Source of the DNA: a virus
Length of the DNA: 64,000 nt
Virus record (IMG/VR): IMGVR_UViG_3300022902_000007
Direction: 5' to 3' (one strand)
In this document: positions 36,965-46,023 of the stretch, piece after piece
Layout of the letters: each line of letters starts with the position of its first letter
Position numbering within the stretch: position 1 is the stretch's first letter
The notes under the pieces: generated by a model
What the model saw: only the letters and a program-made list of their open reading frames with translations
Databases searched by the model: none
Told to the model about the DNA's origin: nothing
Position numbers and translations under genes: made by a program

Positions 36965-39480
36965 TGTCCACTTATGAAGAGTTGTCTTTTGAGTTCGAAG
37001 CAGTTGTTGTCAATTCCAATGATGGCGAGCTGCTCACTGGAATATATTCTTCCGAACACGACATTCCTGGCTGGCGCTGGGATAGACGCATTGTTGAAGA
37101 CCCCGCTACACCGTCTGCTTTCTATGGAGAGTACATTGGCGGGCACTCGATTGGTTTAAAAGATGGCCTGAGGCAATCCTGGTGGAGGAGTGGGACTCTT
37201 GGGAGCCTTGATTACTCTGGTTTGCAAAGCTACAGGTCATTTGATTCTTTTACTTGGACTCCAGTTTTTACGATAGGTCCATACAGTGTTCTTGCTGAAG
37301 ACAGGATCCTGTTTTCAGACTTCTCACATACAGCTCGTTTTAATACAGAAGACAATACAAACGGAGTAAATTACATAGAGCTCAGAGATGACTGTCTGGA
37401 CAGCACGATTTCTATCAATCTTTACGCCAGAGATACAAATCTCATCAATCGCTTGAGGTATGGTTTTGACTATGTAGATAGTTTTACAGGCGCTCTCCAA
37501 TATGGTGCTGATTCCAGACTCTCTACGGGCTCTGGTGATACTGTCTTGTGGAGTAATCTCTGCGACCGAGTCCAAGAGTATCGAGTTATTGATGGAGGCG
37601 TGTATCTGAACGGTGACTGGACTGTCACTGTCGGCGGATACTCTGGTGCGATCACGAATGACATCTTGGAAGATTCCTATGAAGACGCGGGCAGCGGAAA
37701 CTCCACTGGCAGGAGAGTCTATACAGAACTCTTCCCCATCCAGGATAGTTCTGTTAGCCTCTATGTCTCTGACGGGAGTTCAGTCGAGGAGTGGACAGAA
37801 GTCTCAAACCTGAATTTCAGCACTGCATCTGACAATCATTTCTGTGTGGATGAAGACCTTGGCATCATAACTGTGGGCGGCTATCAAGCCCCTGGCCTCG
37901 TACTAAAGGAAGATATTGATGAAGATGACGACGAGATCTTGGTTTTCCGATCCGAAGACATTGAGAGCTACCCTTCTCAGGGTATTATTGTCATTGGGGA
38001 TGAACAGATTTACTATGGCGAAAGAGGCGGAAACGGCTTTTATGACTGTATCCGTGGATACGGTGGAACAATTGCGGATCCACACATAGCCTATTCTGCT
38101 GTTGCTGATGTACAGCATGGAGCCTCTGTCCCCTCGACTTCTACTATATATGTAGGCTATGTTGCTGTTCCGAGAATCGAATACGAAGTGACTGATTATG
38201 AGCTCAGAAGCGCATGTCCGTCACTATCTCCGCTCAATTTGAAGCCTGCGAGCCGACTGAACTCGATAGGCATTGTCCAGGTGTCTGCTTCGACAGCAGA
38301 TCTGGCGGAGATAGTTCTTGAAGTAGACAGAGAGACAATCAGTTCCAATCTGTATGGGCCTCTGTACTTCGGAACAGATACTGCTCGCCTCACTGCTACG
38401 GCTTACGACTCCAGCGGGAACCCCGTTGAAGGAGTGGATCTAACAATCGATTTGGATTCTGGTCCGGGATACTTGGCCGGTGGTTTGTCCAGTTACTCTT
38501 TTGAGAGTAACTCAGATGGTCAGATATACGCCCTGTATTATTCTCCATATGACTGGGATAGCATTGGGCAAACGGTAACTTCGATAACCCATAGCGGCAG
38601 TGATACCCTCATTGAGGCTTTGAACCTACCCTCCGGGCTGTCTCCTTCTGATATTACTCTGTATCAGATCCTCAAGCATGATGCTTCTTCTGGAACTCAG
38701 GGCGAGAAGACTGAAGTATCTTCGGGATCCAACGACGGTACGCTTGATGACGGGACTATAGTCGGGGCATCTTCGATAATAATCGAGAATGTCTATACTG
38801 ATGCTGTCAGCAGATTCAATGGTGGATATGTCTACCTGCTTTGTGATGACAACGTCACTTACTATCGTGAGATAGTTCATGTGACTAATGAGTATGCCGC
38901 TGATGGAATGATAGACGGCCACAAGCTGTACCTGGATTCTTCCGTTCCAGGATTGGGGACGGGGCTTCCTGTTCGGGCTTGGCTAATGACTGCAAATGCA
39001 GAAGAGTTTAGCACGAGTTCTCTCAGCGGACTGCCTGTCTTGATGTATGAATGGAACGACAATGTTCAGCATCCCCTCACTGGGGCTTCGGGTGCTTTCT
39101 ATCCTCTCCTGCCTGACAGCATAGCTTCTGGTACCTTGACATACTCAGGACGGAGTCTGGCTGAGCCGGCTCCCTCCGACAGAACATCAAACTTGGGCGC
39201 TTATCTTTTGGTGACTTCTTCGATTGCTTCTTTCAGTGCCTGGGGGAAAGACCCAGTGTCTGGTAGAATAATTACTTCCAATACGGTTAGACTCAGGATT
39301 GATCTTCCTGAATATTTACGAGGCGTAGACTATTCAGGAGCCTTGCCAATCCCATATGGATTCACATTTATTTCTGAGTCGCACAATGTCGGGACTGGTC
39401 TTGGTGGGGCAAACTTCTTGACCATCAATCCAAAAGCTGAATATGTTAGCTTCTTCACACTCAACACGAATTTCGGTTAG
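36964..39480 (+). CDS. baseplate/tail protein with Big_1-like Ig domain
   Basis: The TAATG overlap suggests a start at 36964; ARLTATAYDSSGNPVEGVDLTI..SNSDGQ is Ig-like; contains a CIRGYGGTIADPH tail-protein motif. Confidence 0.55.
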   Translation: MSTYEELSFEFEAVVVNSNDGELLTGIYSSEHDIPGWRWDRRIVEDPATPSAFYGEYIGGHSIGLKDGLRQSWWRSGTLGSLDYSGLQSYRSFDSFTWTPVFTIGPYSVLAEDRILFSDFSHTARFNTEDNTNGVNYIELRDDCLDSTISINLYARDTNLINRLRYGFDYVDSFTGALQYGADSRLSTGSGDTVLWSNLCDRVQEYRVIDGGVYLNGDWTVTVGGYSGAITNDILEDSYEDAGSGNSTGRRVYTELFPIQDSSVSLYVSDGSSVEEWTEVSNLNFSTASDNHFCVDEDLGIITVGGYQAPGLVLKEDIDEDDDEILVFRSEDIESYPSQGIIVIGDEQIYYGERGGNGFYDCIRGYGGTIADPHIAYSAVADVQHGASVPSTSTIYVGYVAVPRIEYEVTDYELRSACPSLSPLNLKPASRLNSIGIVQVSASTADLAEIVLEVDRETISSNLYGPLYFGTDTARLTATAYDSSGNPVEGVDLTIDLDSGPGYLAGGLSSYSFESNSDGQIYALYYSPYDWDSIGQTVTSITHSGSDTLIEALNLPSGLSPSDITLYQILKHDASSGTQGEKTEVSSGSNDGTLDDGTIVGASSIIIENVYTDAVSRFNGGYVYLLCDDNVTYYREIVHVTNEYAADGMIDGHKLYLDSSVPGLGTGLPVRAWLMTANAEEFSTSSLSGLPVLMYEWNDNVQHPLTGASGAFYPLLPDSIASGTLTYSGRSLAEPAPSDRTSNLGAYLLVTSSIASFSAWGKDPVSGRIITSNTVRLRIDLPEYLRGVDYSGALPIPYGFTFISESHNVGTGLGGANFLTINPKAEYVSFFTLNTNFG

Positions 39481-39485
39481 AAAAC

Positions 39486-41279
39486 ATGGCAGACAAATTA
39501 AAGAGCGGGATCGTAGCACTTCCAGACTTCTCTGATGGTACTCAGCCCACCGCCAAGATGCTCAATTCGTTGGGTGATCAAGTTGAAAATGGGCTACAAG
39601 AAGTAGAGAAGGCGATCGGTGACATTCACAGTGAGTCCTATCCTTACAGTGGCAGTACAGGGACACACCTGACGCAAGTATGGGGCAAGAACCCTGCGAG
39701 TGGCAATGATCTGAGTAACGCGATTGAGCGTAGGCTGGACATTGTAAACTTAGCAAGACTGATTGGTCCTGCAGCGAACCTCAATCCAACTACTCTGGAT
39801 ATCGTTGGAAGCATTACGAATGAGGTCGTTCCTGTGAACTGTCATGAGTATCAGCTTAGGTACTTGCCGAGTAATACTCCCACATTCAGTGATGCTGCGG
39901 TGTTCGCCAATCCCGTGGCTGATCCTACTGACATCAGTGCTGCTGGTGACTACGCAGTAGATGGACGCAGTGTTCACGCTGGTTCTCTCATTGTCTTGGG
40001 GACGACTATTAGTTATGAGACGACCCCAACGCAATGGGGTCAGGGATCTTCGTATTCTCATGGCCGTTTCAATGTCATTCCGGATCCTAACCAGATAGAA
40101 GCTGGTAGCTCTGAGGTTTTGGGTATCGTCGGCCCAGATGCAAACAGCCGTTATACTCTGTCGCTTCCTGCAGTGAGAGTACAGCAGACTAACTATGATG
40201 GAGACAGCACTGCTCTCTTGGCTGCTGAGGACTCCAGCTATGACGTGCAGCTACAGCTGCCGCATGTTCTGACTGAGAATCTCAGTTCTGGTGATGTGAT
40301 ACCTGAGGGCTTCCTGTATCTGCGAAACCATACGAGTGGCGAGCTGTACACAGAGGCAACTTACTATTACAACTCCGAAACCTCTGTGCAGATAGGCGGC
40401 GTAGACCTCAGCGGAGCCGCCGCTTATGACTACTATTTGATAACTGTTGGCTCTGATATTACCACTGCCATTGATGACCTGCGGCAGAAGCAATTCAAAC
40501 ATTCTCACGATGGCACTTTCGGAGAAGCTCCAATAAGTATATTCTCTGTTACTGGCTTCACTCAGTATGCAGGATTCAGCGGAGCTTTCTGTTCATCGAA
40601 CATGCCAAGCAACTTTGCTCCTCAGTATCTGCACAGGGATGGTATCAGTGCTCTGGATAGCAACCTCAATGACCGAAATGGCATGAGGGGTTGGCTGGGA
40701 TTCATCTTCCAGGGTCAAGGGGCGGGTGAAGGTTTTGGTCCGGCAGCTCCTGGTCTCACAGCTACTTATGGTCTTTCTTTCGGTGACCCTACGGACACTG
40801 ATTTCAGAGGCCGAATCTACAAGAACACTGCAAACGAGATGCAGTATGAGGCTCCTGTATCTAACTTGCCAACGCTCGGTGTAAACCATAGATTCTCTGA
40901 TGGTCCTGTACTAACAGAGGAAGGCGTGGTAGCGACTGAACTTACTGGGCAGACGGCGTGGAAAATATGGACCGGAGAAGTAGAATTCATAAGTGTGTCG
41001 ACTGCTGTTGTCAGGACACAGTCGATTGCTGAGCTCTATGGCAAAGAGATTTATGAAATTAGTGTCATAGTTGATATTGACCCTGCAGTTGGGGCTGCAG
41101 GAACACCAGTGTGGCTCAGTCAAGGTAGTGGTTCAGCAATTGGCCTTGATTTCGCTTTCAGTGTATACGGATATGATCAGTCTATAGGCACGACTTGGGA
41201 TCTTGAAGTTGAGTTTGATGGTGCCGCCTGGAACGGCAGCACGCATGACGTCCGCTATGTAATTCGCTACAAGGACTAA
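39486..41279 (+). CDS. tail fibre / baseplate appendage protein
   Basis: FSDGTQPTAKMLN N-terminus; HSHDG and QYLHRDG His motifs typical of fibre shafts. Confidence 0.5.
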   Translation: MADKLKSGIVALPDFSDGTQPTAKMLNSLGDQVENGLQEVEKAIGDIHSESYPYSGSTGTHLTQVWGKNPASGNDLSNAIERRLDIVNLARLIGPAANLNPTTLDIVGSITNEVVPVNCHEYQLRYLPSNTPTFSDAAVFANPVADPTDISAAGDYAVDGRSVHAGSLIVLGTTISYETTPTQWGQGSSYSHGRFNVIPDPNQIEAGSSEVLGIVGPDANSRYTLSLPAVRVQQTNYDGDSTALLAAEDSSYDVQLQLPHVLTENLSSGDVIPEGFLYLRNHTSGELYTEATYYYNSETSVQIGGVDLSGAAAYDYYLITVGSDITTAIDDLRQKQFKHSHDGTFGEAPISIFSVTGFTQYAGFSGAFCSSNMPSNFAPQYLHRDGISALDSNLNDRNGMRGWLGFIFQGQGAGEGFGPAAPGLTATYGLSFGDPTDTDFRGRIYKNTANEMQYEAPVSNLPTLGVNHRFSDGPVLTEEGVVATELTGQTAWKIWTGEVEFISVSTAVVRTQSIAELYGKEIYEISVIVDIDPAVGAAGTPVWLSQGSGSAIGLDFAFSVYGYDQSIGTTWDLEVEFDGAAWNGSTHDVRYVIRYKD

Positions 41280-41282
41280 CCT

Positions 41283-43364
41283 ATGTCCTATTTCTCGTTA
41301 GAGCTCATTGCCCATGGTGTTCCTCATGTTCACTATCTGCCCCTGTCTGCGCATGCCCACAAGTACACTGAAAGATTCATCTATACAGACAGAGTAGACA
41401 ATAGCTCTGTTCCTCTTGTGTATTTCGAGAGCGAAGAGCTGGACAGTCATAGGAATCTACAGGTCGTTGATTATTCGTGGTCCGTTCCAGAGAACGATGT
41501 TGAGTTCTCTGGCGGCAAGGACAACTGGGTAAAGACTGAGAGTGTAAGCTACAGCTGTGCGTATAAAGACATAGCTGCTACAGACGTAGTGATTACAGAT
41601 GTCCACGGCAAAGAGAGACCGCTATTCTTTGTACACGAGCTTCCGGATGACACTGTTGAGGCTTCGATCTTCGTGTCGGAAAACGGAAAGATCGTTGACA
41701 GGGAGTCAGGCTATTACATAAATCTTGACATGGGAATCATCTATACGAACTATCGGAACAGCTACAGCCCAGTAACTGGAGCATACAAGTTACACTATGT
41801 AGTCTCTGTGGACTCTTCTGGAGAATCCACTACGAAGCTTCTCAATCCTCGACCTGCTGCAAAGCTGGCTACTTGGGAAGATGTGGGCTCCGATGGAAAA
41901 CTGACATCTGCCTATCCTGTTTTTTCAAGAGAGAGCTCTGGTTCCGGCTACACTTTCTATTTCAATTCTACCGGCCCTTGGTATATCCGTAAGATATCCA
42001 CTTCTATTATAAAGCCGTTCTTGCCAACTGGTAGAACTTCAGAAGACTCTTGGTATCTGAGGTTCTCTGCTGGTGAGTGCAACGCTCTTGTAAATAGCAG
42101 GATCAGAAACTATCGACTTCCTGAGTTTGATGCACAACCGTTCTTTCCATACAAACCATATGTTTTTTCTTCATATCGCCGTTTGAGTTGGGTAAACTCA
42201 AGAACTTTGTATGCAAATCGTGACAAAATTTCTGTGAATCCCAATTCTTCCATGCATTTCCAATTGTTTGTCTATGATGAAGACGAAAACCTGACACGAG
42301 TATGGAGCACTGACTCCAGCAAAGATGGAAGCAGATACTCAGATACTGATATTTTCATTGAGGCGGACAAGGTCCTGGCTTGGGACAATCAGAATGGTTT
42401 CGTGAGTTTCTCTGCTGACTTGGACTCTGCATGGAGCTACAAGGCTTCGATGTATCTTGAGATGAATGATATTGAGTGCACCCATCAATCATTGAACCCA
42501 TTGCACAACTCTAATGCTTTGGATTACATGTGGGTATATTACATTGTCCCAGACGTTCATGATAACGATCGTGCGCTGCATCTGATTAGTGTTGATCGAG
42601 ATGGCAAGATTGCGTATTGTTCGCAATCAGCTGGGACCAACGTACCAAATCTGCAGATGTTCGAGGCAGACGGCTCTGTTAACAGTGATACTGTTATTGG
42701 AATGGACTATATTTCTTCTGATAGCTCTGTAGTGACTTTTACTACTGAGTATTGCTCGGGTCAGGCTAATGATGTTGCTTATTTCGTGGTAGCAGAGGCT
42801 CTCTGCTTGGACAGAAGTCTGGAAGGTGACGTCTTTGTGGCTGACGTAAGAAGAAAGCCTGGGATAGATCCTTCTGAATTCGATTCTGCTATTTTGGCGA
42901 ATTCAAGACTGCTGCAATCCGAGTATGGCTTTGGTGATCAGGGTCAGCAGGTTCCACTCAGCAGTGTCATGGTTGTAAGACCTCCTCTCTCTCTCCTTGA
43001 AGACTATGGCGGTGAGCTCACCCAGCTACAAGCCGAAGCCTTGATGCGGACATACACTCCAGCTGCTGTCGCTACAATTTTCAAATGGGACTGGCCCAAG
43101 GCTGCTTTGTCTGGTGAGCCTCTATCGACATACAACAAGCTCATAGCTGATTGGCAGGGGATCTACACTTATAAAATGTATAGAAGAACGAATCCAGTAG
43201 GAGACTGGTCTCTGATTTATTCAGTTGACAGTGTTTCTCAGGCTGACATCGAGTATCATGACACTGACATAGACTCTGAAGAGATCTATTATTATTGTGT
43301 AAGGGTAGAAGACAATGGCGTCGAGTATCCACGTTCCAATGAACTCTCCATGAAAGCGAGGTAG
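41283..43364 (+). CDS. virion structural protein with C-terminal FN3-like domain
   Basis: C-terminal W..YKMYR..W..I...Y.DTD....YYYCVRV...S FN3 pattern. Confidence 0.5.
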   Translation: MSYFSLELIAHGVPHVHYLPLSAHAHKYTERFIYTDRVDNSSVPLVYFESEELDSHRNLQVVDYSWSVPENDVEFSGGKDNWVKTESVSYSCAYKDIAATDVVITDVHGKERPLFFVHELPDDTVEASIFVSENGKIVDRESGYYINLDMGIIYTNYRNSYSPVTGAYKLHYVVSVDSSGESTTKLLNPRPAAKLATWEDVGSDGKLTSAYPVFSRESSGSGYTFYFNSTGPWYIRKISTSIIKPFLPTGRTSEDSWYLRFSAGECNALVNSRIRNYRLPEFDAQPFFPYKPYVFSSYRRLSWVNSRTLYANRDKISVNPNSSMHFQLFVYDEDENLTRVWSTDSSKDGSRYSDTDIFIEADKVLAWDNQNGFVSFSADLDSAWSYKASMYLEMNDIECTHQSLNPLHNSNALDYMWVYYIVPDVHDNDRALHLISVDRDGKIAYCSQSAGTNVPNLQMFEADGSVNSDTVIGMDYISSDSSVVTFTTEYCSGQANDVAYFVVAEALCLDRSLEGDVFVADVRRKPGIDPSEFDSAILANSRLLQSEYGFGDQGQQVPLSSVMVVRPPLSLLEDYGGELTQLQAEALMRTYTPAAVATIFKWDWPKAALSGEPLSTYNKLIADWQGIYTYKMYRRTNPVGDWSLIYSVDSVSQADIEYHDTDIDSEEIYYYCVRVEDNGVEYPRSNELSMKAR

Positions 43365-43366
43365 CC

Positions 43367-43828
43367 ATGGACCTACAATTTGCCGATGGCCTGACTGCCG
43401 AAGTCATTTACGATCCCAAGACAATTCATGGTGGGGCCACATCTACTGGTCCAATAGTAATTACTGTGAGTAATCTCTCTACTTCCGATCATGATAATCT
43501 GGGCTTCTATGTTCGACAAGCCTCCAGTGTAGGTGATGTTGACAATCCAGCTACGTACCCTCCAGCTACTGATTATCAGGACTTGCTCACTTGGGGAACA
43601 GAAACCTATCGAGGAGCCCAGCCAAGAGGAGGGCTGATTGTCTCTTTTACTGACGCCGATGGAAATGCTGTGAGCCAGTACATTCGACGAGGCGTCGGTG
43701 CCTCTTATCTCACACGGATCTCCTATGGGACTCTGGCTTCAGGCAGCTCCTTCCAGGTTTCCTTTGAATTGGAAGTGCCTCCAGCTGTAACGGTGAGAAG
43801 GCTCTTCGTAGATGTGGTGGCTGAATAA
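43367..43828 (+). CDS. small virion protein (beta-sandwich-like)
   Basis: 153-aa ORF coupled to its neighbours within the tail module. Confidence 0.45.
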   Translation: MDLQFADGLTAEVIYDPKTIHGGATSTGPIVITVSNLSTSDHDNLGFYVRQASSVGDVDNPATYPPATDYQDLLTWGTETYRGAQPRGGLIVSFTDADGNAVSQYIRRGVGASYLTRISYGTLASGSSFQVSFELEVPPAVTVRRLFVDVVAE

Positions 43829-46023
43829 TGCCTGTCTTCAAAGACCACGTTAGCTTTGGAGACGAGCTGCTCAAAGCAGCTCGAAGAAGGGTTGCAGACA
43901 TTGGCTCTCACGATCTCTCTGACTTTGAGATAGACGAGCTTGCCGCCAGGTACCTCCAGACTCACCCTTCTTCTTTGAACGCAAAGCCGATAGCTGCTGC
44001 TGCTCCCTTGGGCTCTCTCGAATGGACTGAACTTTATCGTGACACTAAATTCTCTGTTGAATCGGTTAACAGGAAGCTGGGAGTCATGGAGGGGAAGGTG
44101 GCTGCGCTCAGTCGTAACATGATGGGCTCCTTGTTAGAGATGCAGAGAGAAACTGACTCTCTTCTCTCGGAGGTTTCGGAGCAGAGTATTCGCATCAATG
44201 GCAACTATGACCTGGTGCACCTGAATTCAGCTGTCAGAGGGATGGATATGCCCCTCCCTCAGAATGATGATTCCTGGAACAAAGACTTCAAGACTGAATA
44301 CGAGTTGCCGGCAGAAAGTGGAATGGCGGTCATGCCAAGTAATGGCTTCACCCTTCCAATTAGAGAATCAGTCAGTGTTCCAATCGTGGATGCTGTGGTG
44401 ATTGATGAGAAGACTGATGTGGGTGAAAGTGTTCAGCCGCTGGTGTCGAACTCTCCAAAAAACGTATTTCTTCCTAACAGAGTCTTTCGTCATGTGATCG
44501 CGAGAGCCAGTCATGATGACTCTGCGAGATTGTACAAGGAGAAGACGTCTCAGGATGAGTATCCATACAGCTGTACTGCGTCTTGCACTGTTCAGATAGA
44601 GCTGCCAGGATCGATCGCCGTCAACCGTGTTGACATCGTTCCGGCCGGGGCCTCGGCTCTCTCTGTCTCCAAGATCGAATATGTGAACCAGGCTGGCGAA
44701 GAGGTTGAGCTCACTACTTCTGTTCTTTCTTCTGACACCGGACTTGTTGTTTTGTTCAGTCCTATCTTCGCTAAATATTTGAGTGTTACATTTGAGCAAT
44801 ATGCTCCAGTTACGAGAGAGCCTGTTGACATCGAGGATCCGAGAGAGTCTTTCATGGTCTCCTTCTTGGAAGGCGCCGGCTTTAGTACGAGGCTTGCGTC
44901 TTCCAGTCAGAATGTTTCTGGGCGAGTCTATGATTTCTCGATAGAGAGTATCTCTGTTTCTTTTGTCAAGTATCGAAACTTTGGAGCGTTTAGATCCCAC
45001 GCTCTCTCTGTGAACTCTCCTCTTGGTTTGGATCTCTCTGTAGATGTCGAGGCTATCTTACCTCCTTCTGAAAGAGACGCTTACGGCAATGTCGTGACCC
45101 TTCCAGAGGGACGAGTACTGTACGAGAGCTATATCGGGGCAGAACTCAAAGCGAGTGATGGCAGAGACAGACTGAATACTCTGATACCCGTGCCTGATAC
45201 ATATCCTTGGCAGGTTGAATTCTTGGCCCCCATAGGGGCCGAAGCCAAGGTCAAGCTATTCCCTGATCTGAGATGGGAGATTGACAAGTCCTTCTTGAAC
45301 TACGCTGCTGACCGTTTTGGCAGCTGGGTGATCTTCAACACGAAGGAAGCGCACGGGCTCTCAGTGGGAGACACGATTCAGATTGTAGCACCTCTCGACT
45401 CTGGCGTCTCTGGGAGTTACGAGGTTGCACAGGTTCTTGCTGACGACTCTTTCACAGTGTTGATAACAGCTTTTGATTCACCGCCAACATACTATGTCTT
45501 TGATGACAGTCAGGCTTACTTTTTTACTGAAGTTCCTGATGATCCAATTGAAGTGTATGATGGAACGAGTCTTTTGATCTTCGGCAGTGACTATGAGATA
45601 AGTCTGGATGCCGGTACCACATGGCACTCTGTCTGGCCAGTCAGCGGCTCTTATGAATATTTGTATAGGAGTGCTCTTGCAGGGAACTTCCGTATCAAGT
45701 TTGCAGACAAGAATCCTGCCTCTCTATACTGGATAAAATACCGAGTACTCCCCAACCAAAAATTAATACCTGATGGAAAGTGTTTCTTGAAGAATGGCCA
45801 TGTCATGTTTGCTCCATGGACTGAAGCTGTCCAGGGTACCTTCAGTACCGTGATTCTGTTCAGGACGAATACGTTGCACCCTTATGTGACTTCAATTCTC
45901 AGAGAGTATTCTTTGAGAGTTCAGGAGTACAAAGCCAACAAGAGGTTTTTCTCCTTACCTATGAAGAGAAGACTCATTGCTCGGAAAACGAGAAGGGGGC
46001 TGAATGTCACTCAACGCCATTAG
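43828..46023 (+). CDS. tail/baseplate appendage protein, paralogue A
   Basis: N-terminal coiled coil, G-x-TLP linker and a jelly-roll/discoidin-like region shared with the next two genes. Confidence 0.5.
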   Translation: MPVFKDHVSFGDELLKAARRRVADIGSHDLSDFEIDELAARYLQTHPSSLNAKPIAAAAPLGSLEWTELYRDTKFSVESVNRKLGVMEGKVAALSRNMMGSLLEMQRETDSLLSEVSEQSIRINGNYDLVHLNSAVRGMDMPLPQNDDSWNKDFKTEYELPAESGMAVMPSNGFTLPIRESVSVPIVDAVVIDEKTDVGESVQPLVSNSPKNVFLPNRVFRHVIARASHDDSARLYKEKTSQDEYPYSCTASCTVQIELPGSIAVNRVDIVPAGASALSVSKIEYVNQAGEEVELTTSVLSSDTGLVVLFSPIFAKYLSVTFEQYAPVTREPVDIEDPRESFMVSFLEGAGFSTRLASSSQNVSGRVYDFSIESISVSFVKYRNFGAFRSHALSVNSPLGLDLSVDVEAILPPSERDAYGNVVTLPEGRVLYESYIGAELKASDGRDRLNTLIPVPDTYPWQVEFLAPIGAEAKVKLFPDLRWEIDKSFLNYAADRFGSWVIFNTKEAHGLSVGDTIQIVAPLDSGVSGSYEVAQVLADDSFTVLITAFDSPPTYYVFDDSQAYFFTEVPDDPIEVYDGTSLLIFGSDYEISLDAGTTWHSVWPVSGSYEYLYRSALAGNFRIKFADKNPASLYWIKYRVLPNQKLIPDGKCFLKNGHVMFAPWTEAVQGTFSTVILFRTNTLHPYVTSILREYSLRVQEYKANKRFFSLPMKRRLIARKTRRGLNVTQRH